Positions 24,256 through 36,600 of a DNA stretch of 64,000 bases are shown one piece after another. The stretch covers positions 45,106,051 to 45,170,050 of the forward strand of contig JAHRHZ010000021.1 in the NCBI GenBank assembly GCA_024137785.1, written 5' to 3'. The position numbers and the translations under genes were made by a program. The notes beneath the pieces were generated by a model. It searched no databases. It was not told where the DNA came from and saw nothing but the letters and a program-made list of their open reading frames with translations. Source of the stretch: Ginglymostoma cirratum. Lineage: Eukaryota. The first letter of the stretch is position 1. Each line of letters begins with the position of its first letter.

Positions 24256-25744
24256 ATGTGCTTTTGCATTACAACTGAAATATCAGACCAATCCCTGGAA
24301 GTATGTTTAGTACATACATATTCTTCTCACATTTTGGACAACCTGCTGTTTTCTATTAATATGGTTGTTTCTTTCATGGTCTTAATCAATTGCATTGTGG
24401 TGCATGGTTGGAAATGATAGCACAGGTCAAAGAAGATGATCCAATTTTGAAGTAGAAGCTATTCCTGCCACAATTGCTAGCGTAACAATCTGAATCATAT
24501 AAATAATTACTCCTCGTGTGCACAAATGCAAATCTGAAAAATCATCAAACTTTAATCAATTCATTCAGCTGTTTAAACTGACTTTAAATTGCTCATAAAA
24601 TAGCTGTTTTAATTATTTAGGCAAGCGATTTCTCCACTTATATGCTACAGCTTTCAGCACTGACAAATGTAATGACTGCTTGATTATAACAGATCCTTTT
24701 CTGTCTGCTTGGGACAAAAGTTACAGGTGTAGAAAAAGCAGAACAGTCATCCACTACTGATGGATGCGTCATTATATCCAACTTCTGCCTTAATTTGCCA
24801 CTGACAAGCTGACTGATAATCAAAATGTGAAAGTCACTCAGCATTAGAATAGTAGTTATCTGTTTGACAATCAGAGAAAAATGTTTACTCTCATTCTTCA
24901 TTACACACAAGTTGGAGAGTTATAAACACCAAACTAAACCCAAAATTTCACAAATAGGGTTTGGCCTGTCGTCTTTTATCTGCCATCATTTTCTGATCAT
25001 CCGGCTAATGCAAAAAGATGTGTGTTTTGAATTTATGGACAAGTTTTCTTGTGCAAGTAGACATTTGAAAAGGAACATTTTTGCAGGGTTGTGGGGAAGA
25101 ATGGTGAGATCGATTAGTTGCTCTACCAAATACTTTTCACTGCATCTTCCTAGATATATGTGACAAAAAAATCATTCATTCAAAAGCCAGCATCGACTCA
25201 ATGGGTTGAATAGCCCCCTTTTGCTGTGTAGTTTTGCAAATATTAGGTTCAGCCTCAAATGGCTGCAAACTGTGTAGCCCAGAGGATGTAAAAATGAACT
25301 CCAATGGTCCAACTGGACAATGCAGACTGTGATCAAGGAGATAAGCACATTCTAGTGAGATGGCACAACTGTAAACCTACAACTGAATTTTTAAAAATCT
25401 ATGAATAAACTTTTACAGCAAATTGTGGTGATGTTAATAGTATAGCAAGTGACAAAATGAGACCTATTTATTTTTTGCACAACTGAGTACTCAATGCTAA
25501 ACCTATGAAGGAATCTCTCGCTGTCTGTGGCTGATTTTAGCACCATATTATGGTGGATTATCTGTCCTTTCTTAGCTGAACCGAAAACTGTGGACTAGCT
25601 CTCTGACTTTACCCCAGCTCTGCCTTCTAAGGAATGGTCAGTGGAATTGTCAATTAAATTGACATCAGTGCTTCAGCTTCCCTGCAGGCTCTCTTGTTTA
25701 GGATTTCCATGAAAGATACCACTCTAACTTATTTCTTACAAATA

Positions 25745-28700
25745 AAAATAGGAAGAGGTAAGGACAAGATTATGAGGAGAGAATGTAGGAAGTTAGGCAG
25801 GAATTTAAAAAGGATGTTCTCGAGGGTAGTAACACCTGGATTACTCCTGGTGCCACAAGCTAGCGGGGGTAGGAATAGGAGGATAGAGCACATGAATGAA
25901 TGGCTGAGGAGCTGGTACAGGGGAGAAGGATTCACATTTTTAGATCATTGGAATCTCTTCTGGGGTAGAAGTGACCTAAATAAGAAAGATGAAATGCCCC
26001 TGAAATGGAAGGGGACTAATGTACTGGTGGAGGGCTTTGTTAGAGCTGCTCAGGAGGATTTAAACTAGGAAGTGGGGAGGGACCCAGGGAGATAGTGAGG
26101 AAAAAGATCAGACTGAGACTGATACAGTTGAGAAAAGGAGCAAGTCAAACAGTCAGGGCAGGTAGAAACAAAGCAGAGAACAAGATGGGACTGGTAAATT
26201 AAATTACATTTATTTCAATGCAAGAGGCCTAACAGGTAAGACAGATGAACTGAGGGCATGGTTGGGAACGTGGGACTGGGATATCATAGCAATTACAGAG
26301 GCATGGCTCAGGGATGGACAGGACTGGCAACTTAATATTCCAGGGTATAAGTGCTAGAGGAAGGATAGAAAGGGGGGCAAAAGTGGAGGGGGAGTGGCAT
26401 TTTTGATCAGGGATAACGTTACTGCTGTACTTGAGAAGCATATTCCTGGGAATATGTCCAGGGAAGTTATTTTGGCAGCACTGAGAAATAGGAAAGGGAT
26501 GATCACCTTCATGGGATTGTACAATAGCTGCCCCAATAATCAGCAGGAAATTGAGGAACAAATTTGTAAGGAGGTCTCAATTATCTGTGAGAATAATTGG
26601 GTGGTTATGCTAGGGGATATTAATTTTCTAAACATACACTGGGACTGCTATAACGTTAAGGGCTTTGATGAAGAGGAATTTGTTAAGTGTACACAAGAAA
26701 TTTTTTTGATTCAGTATGTGGATGTCCCTGATGAGAGAAGGTGCAAAACTTGACATTACGCTTGGGAAATAAGACAGGGCAGGTGACTAAGGTGTCAGTG
26801 GGGGAGCACTTTGGGGCCAGTGAACATAATTCTATTAGTTTTAAAATAGTGATGGAAAAGGATAGACTCAATCTAAAAGTTAAAGTTATAAATTGGAGGA
26901 AGGCCAATTTTGACAGTGGTAGGCAAGAACTTTCAAAAGTTGATGGGGGGGGTGGAGGTGGCGGGGGCGCGATGGATGTTCACAGGTAAAGGGATAGCTG
27001 GAAAATGGGAAGCCTTCAAAAATGATTTAACAGGCGTTCAGAGTCAATATGTTCCTGTTAGGCTGAAGGGGAAGGCTGGTAAGTGTAGGGAATGCTCAGT
27101 GACTAGAGAAATTGAGGTTTTGGTCAAGAAAAAGTCAGAAGCGTATGTCATGTACAGACAGCAAGGATCGAGTGAATCCCTAGAAGAGTATAAAGGCAAT
27201 GGCGTATACTTGAGAGCGAAATCAGGAGGGCAAAAAGGGGTCATGAGATAGTTTTGACAAATAGGATTAATGAGAATCCAAAGGGATTCTACAAATATGT
27301 TAAGGACAAAAGTGTAACTAGGGAGAGGACAGGGCCCCTTAAAGATCAGCAAGGCCACCTACGTGTGGAACCATAGGAGATGGGTGAGATGCTAAGCAAG
27401 TATGTTACGTCAGTGCTTACTTTGGAGAAGGATATGGAAGATATAGAATGTGGGAAAATAAATTGTGACATCTTAAAAAATGTCCATACAACAGAGGAGG
27501 TGGTACTGGATGTCTTAAAAGGCATAAAGGTGGATAAATCTCCAGGACTGGATCAGGAGTACCCTAAAACTCTGTGGGAAGCTAGGGAAGTGCTTGCTGG
27601 GCCCCTTGCTGGGTTATTTGTATCGTCAAAAGCCATATGCGAGGTGTCAGAAACCTGGAGGTTGGCTAACGTGGTGCCACTATTCAAAAAAGATGGTAAG
27701 GAAAAGCAAGGGAACTATAGTCCAGTGAGCCTGACATTGGTGCTGGGCAAGTTGTTGGAGGGGATCCTGAGGGATAGGATTTTCATGTATTTGGAAAGGC
27801 AAGGACTAATTAGGGATAGTCAACATTGCTTTGTGTGGAAATCGTGTCTCACTAACTTGATTGAGTTTTTTGAAGAAGTAACAAAGAGGATTGGTGAGGG
27901 CAAAGTGGTGGATGTGATCTATATGGACTTCAGTAAGGCATTTGACAAGGTTCCTCATAGTAGACTGGGTAGCAAGCTGGATCACTTGGAATACAGGGAG
28001 AACTGTCCATTTTGATACAGAACTGGCTCAAAGGTAGAAGACAGAGGGTGGTGGTGGAGGATTGCTTTTCAGACTGGAGGCCTGTGACCAGCGGTGTGCC
28101 ACAAGGATCGATGCTGGGTCCACTGCTTTTTGTCACTTAAGTAAATGATTTGGATGTGAACATAAGAGGTATGGTTAGTAAGTTTGCAGATGACACCAAA
28201 GTTGGAGGTGTAGTGGACAGCAAAGAAGATTACCTCAGAGTACAACAGGATCTTGATCAGATGGGCCAATGGGCCAAGGAATGACACATGGAGCTTACTT
28301 TAGATAAATGTGAGGTGCTGCATTTTGGAAAGGCAAATCAGGGCAGGACTTAAACACTTAATGGTAAGGTCTTGAGGAGTGTTGCTGAACAAAGAGACCT
28401 TGGAGTTAAGGTTCATAGTTCCTTGAAAGTGGATTGACAGGTAGATAGGATAAGTGAAGGAGGTATTTGGTATGCTTGTCTTTATTGGTCAGTGCATTGA
28501 GTATAGGAATTGGGAGGTCATGTTGCGGCTGTACAAGACATCGGTTCGTCCACTTTTGGAGTACTGTGTGCAATTCTGATCTCCTTCCCATAAGAAGGAT
28601 GTTGTGAAACTTGAAAGGGTTCAGAAAAGATTTCCAAGGATGTTGCCAAGGTGGGAGGGTTTGAGCTGTAGGGAGAGGCTGAATAGACTAGGGCTATTTT

Positions 28701-29112
28701 CCCTGGAGCATCGGAGGCTGAGGCGTGACCTTATAGAGGTTTCTAAAATCATGAGGGGCATGGATAGGGTAAATAGACAAGGTCTTTTCCCCAGGATGGA
28801 GGAGTCCAAAACTAGAGGGCCTAGGTTTAACGTGAGAGGGGAAAGACATAAAAGGGACCTAAGTGGCAACTTTTTCAGGCAGAGGGTTGGTGCGTGTATG
28901 GAACAAGCTGCCAGGGAAAGTGGTGGAGGCTGGTATGAATACAACATTGAAAAAGCGTCTAGATGGGTATATGAATCAGAAGGGTTTAGGGGGATGTGGG
29001 CCAAATGCTGGCAAATGGAACTGGATGTGTACAGGATATCTGGTTGGTATGGACGAGTTGGATTGAAGGGTCTGTTTCCGTGCTGTACATCTTTATGATT
29101 CTATGACTCTAT
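25745..29112 (+). mobile_element. 5'-truncated near-full-length CR1 (HER1-type) LINE: ORF1 esterase C-terminus and ORF2 APE-RT, disrupted
   Basis: ORF1 WLRSWYRGEGFTFLDHW...LKWKGTNVL; APE YFNAR and MLGDINF; RT KSPGLD, WRLANVVPLFKK, CLTNLIEFFEEVT, YMDFSKAFDKVPH, GVPQGS, KFADDTK; (ctatgact/t) tail. Many stops and frameshifts. Confidence 0.95.
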
Positions 29113-29249
29113 CTTCACAAACGTATTGTCTCAACTTTCAATGGGATACAATGGGTGTTTCATTTGGATTTACTCTGCTTCCCAAAAGCCTTTCTGTATA
29201 CCTACAATAGATTGAAATGAAGTTAATCACACTTGATTTGTTTTTTTTT

Positions 29250-29890
29250 TAATTATTTCTTCGGAGTATGTTGGAATCACTACATTTATTGTTCATCCCT
29301 AACTGCTTTCAAGAAGATAGTGGTGAGCTGCCTTCTTGAACCATTGCTGTCCTTGTGGTAGAGGTACACCCACAGTGCTGTTAGGGAGGGAGTTCCAGGA
29401 TTTTGACTCAGTGAAGGAATGGCAATACATTTCAAAGTCAGGGTAATACGTGGCTTTGGAGGGGAACTTGCAGTAGTTAGTGTTCCCATGTATCTCCTGA
29501 CCTTCCAGGTGGCAGTGGCAGTGGTCATGGGGGTGTAAGATGCTGTCGAAACAACCTTGGTGAGTTGGTGCAGTGCAACTTGTTGATGGTACACACTGCT
29601 GTCACTTGGCCACTAAATGATGTTGAAACTGAAATCATCAGGAGAAGTGGAGATGAATCCATCTCAATCCTGACTTGTGCCTCGTAGGTGGTGGAAAGGC
29701 TCACGGGGAACAGGAGACAAGTTACTCCCTGGAGAATTCCCAGCCTATGATCTGCATTTGCAGCCCCGGGATTTATATGGCCGGTCCAGCTTGGTTTCAG
29801 GTCAATGGTAACCCCCGGGATGTTAATACTGGAGTACTCAGCAAAGGTAATGCCATTGAATGCCAACGGCAGGTGATTAGATGCTTAGCT
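29250..29890 (-). mobile_element. Zenon-like LINE 3' fragment
   Basis: TYEAQVRIEMDSSPL...VCTINKLHCTNSPRLFRQHL. Confidence 0.6.
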
Positions 29891-31239
29891 GGTTAAATGC
29901 CTTCCAGGTCAAATTATTTTAGAAAGTGGAACAGAAGAACAATGGCCAAACAATCTGAATTTAAATCTGAACCAAATCTCTTATTGGCATTTCTGTGCCA
30001 TGGTCACAAAACCAGCACTATGGACAAATAAAACTCTAATGTCCACTGTTGTTAAAGTGCAAGGTACTGTAGTGGTTAAAGTTAGAAATTATTAAAATTT
30101 TGCTCAAGTCAAGTCAATTCACCAAGAAACACAAAACCTAATGTTTATTACTCTAAAATTTATAGTACATATTTAATATCAGAGAACCATTCAAAGCTGT
30201 TACAATTGTTTGAGTGCAATGTAACATTCTCAAGGATGTTTTGCCCAAATATTACTTTGCACTGTTTTTCCAAATATGACTTAACTTGAGGTTAACACCA
30301 CCTTCATCTCAGGGAGTGATGGGAAAAAAGTGTCCTCTATCTGACAGCTGTAAGTGTCTACTGTCCATTGACTGTGGAACTAATTGCCACCAAGTCAACA
30401 AGATCTGGAAATATAACTTAGAGAAAGGTGACCAGTATGGGACATAGAAAAATAAAGAGAATAGACATTCATCTCAGATTGGAAAACATTGTTTGTGCAT
30501 GCTGAGACTACCAATAACTGGACAATTTTTTTTTTGCTGCTTTCGCTTCATGTCACCAAAATGGAAAGTTTCACCAGTACTAATATCCATCACTTTGATG
30601 AATAACAGAAATGTAAAAGAGCTAGCACTGCATTTAATGGCAAGGAGACATGAAATATGCTAAGAAGATTTCCAATGACCAAATAGGCATTAGCATGATC
30701 TTGTTCCAATTAGGATAGGGAGGGATGTGGGAAAAGGTAAGCATCAGTAAGATGACTGGGCAGGCAGAATTCTCAAGATAGCTCGGAAACACTCAATGAT
30801 TAAACCCATCCACCTGCAATACCATTCTCCTGCCAGCAACACATCCACTACCCTACCACCATCAAAAGTAACCAGGAAGACAGAAGAGATGGTTTCATCC
30901 AGCCCTGAAACTCCCTCAGGGCAGGAATACCTAGCCTCATAATTACTAGTGAAGAAAACAATCTTCCAAATTATTCCATATTATTGAGTATTTTCGTGAC
31001 AAAATCTAGCAACGATTGTTTTAAACCACTCTCTGCATTTCTCTCTCTGACACACAGAGTCTCTCCCACACAACTTCAATCAGTTTTCTTAGATTTCAGA
31101 TCTGACAGCAAACCATTAACCAAAAGCTATCCTCTCAGGCACATTCAGCTGCGTGTTTTTTGCTGCTGGTGTGTTATGCAATATTACATAAAATGACACC
31201 CCTCATAATAATATCAGGTATGAAAAAAACATCAGTGTG

Positions 31240-31655
31240 AACAGTGTCTCAGTTGGCAGTACTCTTACTGCTGCGTCAAGTCTCTCTCCAGAAACCTGAG
31301 CACCAAATCCAGGCCAACCCGCAAGCACAGTGCTCAGGGAGTGCTTCATGGTTCGAGATACTACATTTCAGATGAGGCATTACATCAATGTTCCACCTGC
31401 CTATCCAAGGGGCATAACATATTTTGAAAAGCAGAGGAATTTGTCTGGCCAATATTTATCCCTCGACTAATTTATTAACATAGATTATCTGCTCATTGTC
31501 ACTTTGTTGTTTGTGGGATTTTACAGAGTGTACATTGGTTGCTATGATAGCCACAGTGACTGTACTTCAATGTATCTAATTGGCTGGAAAGCACTTTTGG
31601 ACTTTATGACAGCTTCCCAAAGTAACGAAAAGTGCTATATAAATGTAAATCTTCC
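31240..31655 (+). mobile_element. DeuSINE/SacSINE1-like SINE
   Basis: tRNA head, Deu-domain motifs (tttcagatgag, tggccaatatttatccctc, gattatctg) and L2-like tail gtgctatataaatgtaa. Confidence 0.7.
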
Positions 31656-33259
31656 TTTACATTGATGCCCACACTTTTAAATTTGAATGTTTTTTTTTGC
31701 TTCATTTTCACTTTAACATAACACTCTGGTTGTAAAAGACAATTAAGTATCAGCAACTGAAAGTCAATGTTGGAGCTTTGAGGTACAATATTGTACCCAT
31801 AATATTTCTGGTCAGCATTTACCCAATAATACTTCTTCCACATATCTGCTCAAAACTCTAGCAATGAACATGTTGAAAGAAATACTGGTACCAATTATTA
31901 ACAATCAAATAAAGCAATGCGTAATCTCATGTAAACTCTCTTTTTTCAAATTCAGTAAGTGAGGCTTTTCACAATAACTCATAAGTTGAAGAAACATTTC
32001 ATCAGGTAACTTAAAAGTTATAATCTCTTCATGCGTGGCAGTCACAGGAAAGGAGTGGAGCAGGAGCCACTGGTCTAAGTATCTTTAATCAACCTGTTCA
32101 GCACATTATGGCAACTCCTGATGCAGGCAAAACTTGAATCTGGACTTTCTGGGCTCAAGGTAGGGACACTACCACCACAACAGTCCTAGCATCAGAGACT
32201 ATGCTGATATTTGGACTTTACAAAACGCTTTTCCCTCCTTATTTATCTAAGCTCATTGACATATATTCAATTCCTCACTTCTTTCATTAGATCCCACTTA
32301 AATACATCCCCAACCATTGCTTCAATTACTTTATATGATTGTAAGTTCCAACCTCTAAACACTCTTTTGGTAAAAACAATTTCTCCTGAGTCCTTAGCAG
32401 ATTGTTCTTCTTTTTATATTTATAATCTAATTTTGGACTCTCTCAGCAGATACATTTTGTCTCCATTTTACCCTAAGGGACATTTTCTCACCATTTTCAA
32501 ATTATCTATTAGATCACCTTCCATCCATTATATCACTGTCTTTGTCACTGCACCTTTGGTGTTTTTTTTTATTTGGGGATTTGACACATTTTTTGGCTAT
32601 TTTAATCTCCATTGTGAATCACTGCTGTGCAGCAATGAAAGTGGATTGGAACGTAATCCTGGTACATGGTTCATTGAATAGGCTGGCACAATTTTAATCT
32701 TTATTTTACTGAGCGAGTTGAGTTGTTTAGACTGGGATCAAAATAAACAAGGGATGGAAAGGGCCCTGGCAGGATGCTTGCTTAAACAAATTCCACTTAA
32801 CCGCTGCTGCCACGAGACAGTAATGAGCTCTGTAACATCAAGGGCCACCATGGCGCAAACCATCATTTCATGACAGGAAGGCTGCCAAAGGAAATAATAT
32901 CAAAGACTAAATGTGGCGCCATCACAAATGTTGCACTAATGTAACTTTACAGCACTGTCAATGTGCAGCACACTTTAAGTTTCCACTGCAAATTCAGTTG
33001 GCCAGAAATTGAAAAGACACTTGTAATGCCTCAACTATTTGCTCCCAGCAATGACCCATTGTTTAGTTGGGATACAGGTCAAAAATGAATGTGAGAAACC
33101 ATAATAAAGATAGGAAATGTTCATTATGGCATGCTATCTCAAGAGTTAACTGATAAGATCTTAAGAAACGCTCAGCCACATCTATTTAAGCAAGGGTCAA
33201 ATAACATAACCAAGCATAAACTCTGATGAGGTTAAGTCATGAAGTGGAAAGGGAGTAAT

Positions 33260-33610
33260 GTGGCACAGTGACAGTGCTCCTAACTCTGATTCAAAAGTCT
33301 GGGGTTCCTGTCCCACTTGCTCCAGAGGTGTGGTCTTTTAGATAAGTTGCTGAACCGAGGTCCTGTAAACTGTCTAATGTCTCAAGGCACTATTTCAAAG
33401 AGCAGGAAAGCTATTTGCATTTCCTCGGCCAATATTTGCCCTTTGATCAAAACTGCTGTCATATTATGGGTCGTGGGAGCTTGCTGTGTCCAAACTGACT
33501 GCTGCAATGCCTACATGACAACTGTAACTATAATTCAAATTTACTTTGTTGACTATAAAGTGCATTGGGTATTCTGAAGTTGCGAAGGATGACAGATAAA
33601 TGAAAGTTTT
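33260..33610 (+). mobile_element. DeuSINE/SacSINE1-like SINE, degenerate
   Basis: Same motifs (aaccgagg, ggccaatattt, gtgggagcttgctgtg). Another weak copy lies at ~38370-38765. Confidence 0.6.
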
Positions 33611-34014
33611 GATTGCTCATATGCACAGTTTCATCTCCCTTCACATACTTAGCAACATTACAAACTCCACACATACATCTCACAGCTCAAAAACTGTCAG
33701 CTAATCAACACTCACAGGCACATCACTCAAACACTTTGCACCACAGTCTCTGATACACTTCACTCACCCTTGTTGGATAAGATGCTCTTAACTCCATAAA
33801 GGACACAGTGGTCTCCATCTTAGATTGGGCAGTTCTGAATCAGTAGCCAACGACAACACTGAGACCATCCAAGGGGACAACATGTTCCCAACTCATCCAC
33901 CTTCTCACACGCCACTTTCCCCTCATCCCACAACTCTTCCAAGAGATGGCGCAAGCATGGACCAATTGCCTCACCTTCATTTAATTCTAGTACATTGCTA
34001 CTACAACACCATTA

Positions 34015-34610
34015 CATGACGGAGCAAAGGTAGGCTATCCAGGCCATCAAGTCTGCTCTGCCATTCAATGAGATTATGGCTGATCTGATAATCTTCAGTT
34101 CCTCTTTTCTGCCTTTCTGCAAAATCCTTGATTCCCTTACTAATTAAGAATCTGTCTGTCTAGCTCTGAACATATTTAATGACCCAACCTCTGTAGCCCT
34201 CTGTAGTAAAGAATTACGCAGAGTCACAAATCTCTGAGAGAAGAAATTCCTCCTCACCTCTGTCTTAAATGTACAACTCCTTACTCTGACATTATGTCCT
34301 CCAGTCCTGGACTATCCCATAAGGAGGAACAATTTTTCAGCATTGACCCTGTCAAGTCATTGAGGAATCTTGTATGTTTCAATAAGGTCACCTCTCATTC
34401 TTCTAAATTCCAATGAGGACAAACCCAACCTACTCAATATCTCCTCGTATGACAGTCCCTCCACCACTGGGATCAGCATAGTAAACCTTCTCTGGACTGC
34501 CTCCAATGGCAATATGTCTTTCCTTAGACAAGCAAACCAAAACTACTCTCAGTATTCCAGCTGTGTTCTGATGAGTACCTTGTATGGTTTTAGCAAAACC
34601 TCCTTACACT
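34015..34610 (-). mobile_element. CR1 LINE 3' fragment
   Basis: Minus strand gives VLIRTQLEY..FW...LRKDILPLEAVQRRFT-like RT C-terminus and a CR1 3' UTR. Confidence 0.8.
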
Positions 34611-34685
34611 CATGCCTTTCTTCTTTCAACTCCCTAGGAATTGGAACTTGGCCAGGCAGTGTTGTGAGAGTTTGAACCAACTCAA

Positions 34686-34950
34686 GTGGCGCAGTGGCTC
34701 TGTGGTTAGCACTGCTGCCTCACAGCAGGAGGGACCATGGTTCAATTCTACCCTCTGGCAACTATCTGTGTGGAATTTGCACATTCTCCCTGTGTCTTCA
34801 TGGGTTTCCTCCCACAGTCTGAAGATGTGCAAGTTAGATGGATTGACCATGGGAAATGTAGGGTTATGGGGGCAGGGCAGGTCTGGGTGGAAACCCCTTC
34901 AGAGGATTAGTTTAGATTGAATGGCCTGCTTGCACACTGTAGGGATTCTA
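34686..34950 (+). mobile_element. HE1/V-SINE
   Basis: Head, V-domain and tail cactgtagggattcta. Confidence 0.85.
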
Positions 34951-35534
34951 ACTTAGATATCGGTACTTTTTAACTTTACAGCGTTTTAAACTTGACAGAA
35001 TTTTGAACTTTAGAGGGTGGTATTGTGGCCCAATCTTCAGTGCATATGTCATCAGGTACTAACAGACTCCAGCCTGGGATTTCGGGGTGGGGGTGCTGGT
35101 GGGCAGAATAGTGCAGATGCCTGATTCCTGGTGGACGAGGCTCTGCCCAAGATTTGCTATCCACAATTCAGATGAGGACTTGGATGGAACAGTAAAAGGC
35201 AGATAGGCAATGCTCAGAGAATTCAGGTTTCAGGCCTACCAGAAAGCTGACCACCACTTTAGAGAAGCATGGAGGAGTCCACTACCAACTTGTAATAGCG
35301 TTTTGTGGAGAGCTTAGCGCTCCTTCCCACTATGGAGGTCATGGCCAGCTTCAGCAGAACACTTGTGAAACTAACCACAGTACAATGTGTGAAAGCTGAT
35401 GTCTCAGCTTCCTTAGCAGCACAAATAGTTGCCACCAAGCAGAAGTCTGAGTGCTACAGAGAAAGCTTAGACATCATGAACTCGCAGCTCACCACCATGC
35501 CGCTACCAAGACCATGGATATCAGTACTTTATTT

Positions 35535-35915
35535 TTTATTCATTCATGTAAAATAGGCGTTGCTGGCTGGGCAAGCATTTACTGCACATTCCTAGTTACC
35601 CTTGAGAAGGTGGTTGTGAGCTGCCTTCTTGAACCACTGAAATCCATGTGCTGTATGTAGACCTGGCTGTGCTGTTAGAAAGGGAGTTCAAGATTTTCAT
35701 CCAGTGATAGTGAAGGAGCAGCGATATAAGTCAGGATGGCGTCTGACTTGAAGGGCTACTTACAGGAGATGGTATTTCCATGTCCTTGTTCTAGATGATA
35801 AATTTCACAAGTTTGGATATTATTTTCAAAGAATCTCTTTGAGTTAATGCAGTCCATCATGTAGATAGTACACACTGTGCATCAGCAGTGGAGGGGTGTG
35901 AATGTTTAAGGTAGC
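35535..35915 (-). mobile_element. Zenon-like LINE 3' fragment
   Basis: cttgagaaggtggttgtgagctgccttcttgaacc motif shared with the other copies. Confidence 0.6.
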
Positions 35916-35989
35916 AAAGGCACAAGGCAGGCACTGAGTAAATGTATAGGGGTGGCTTGTTGTATAGGATGGCGATGGCTTTTATTTCA

Positions 35990-36600
35990 GAATTGTGGCA
36001 AAAGGAAACCAATGACTGTACCAGAGGGGTTTAGGGAGGTGTTCATGGGAGGTGGTGTTGAATTAGACGTTAAGATAAGAATGTGGGTCGCCTTGCCTCC
36101 TCCCTTCCTCTTCTTCGTGAAGTGGTTACCATTTCTTGTGGTGTCAAGGGCTATGAGTGTACTCACAATGGCCAGACTGTGGAGAATGCTGCAAACCACC
36201 ATAGACCAAGGACACCTGAATATAATAGAACCTGCATTGCAGCACCAAACCAGATGTTCATGAATTTCCCTATTTCCCATAACCCCTTCTATCAATGTGT
36301 GGTCAGGCTGTACAGGAGTGATATGGCCACTTGTTGACAGGATAGTGTTTAGTGTCCAGACATCACCTTCTGGTTTAATCTGGTGGCTGAAGGGTTTTAG
36401 AAGCAGTATGCTAGGGCAGGAAGAAAGCATCAAGATTTTGGCTAAGATATGCATGTGGTCACACACCAACTGCACATACCGTGATGGGGACATATGGCAG
36501 TATTGAGGAAGGAACTCCCAATGTCACATTTATGAGTCAATGGCAGCCTGCACAAAAGGGGATCCCACTATCTTGGCAAAGCCACATATATGCTTTACTC
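35990..36600 (-). pseudogene. Harbinger (HARBI1-like) DDE transposase relic
   Basis: YVQLVCDHMHI...TLIEGVMG...SMVVCSILHSLA, compared with NVQLVCDH...VIE..IG...VCC.LHN.A of Harbinger transposases. Confidence 0.5.
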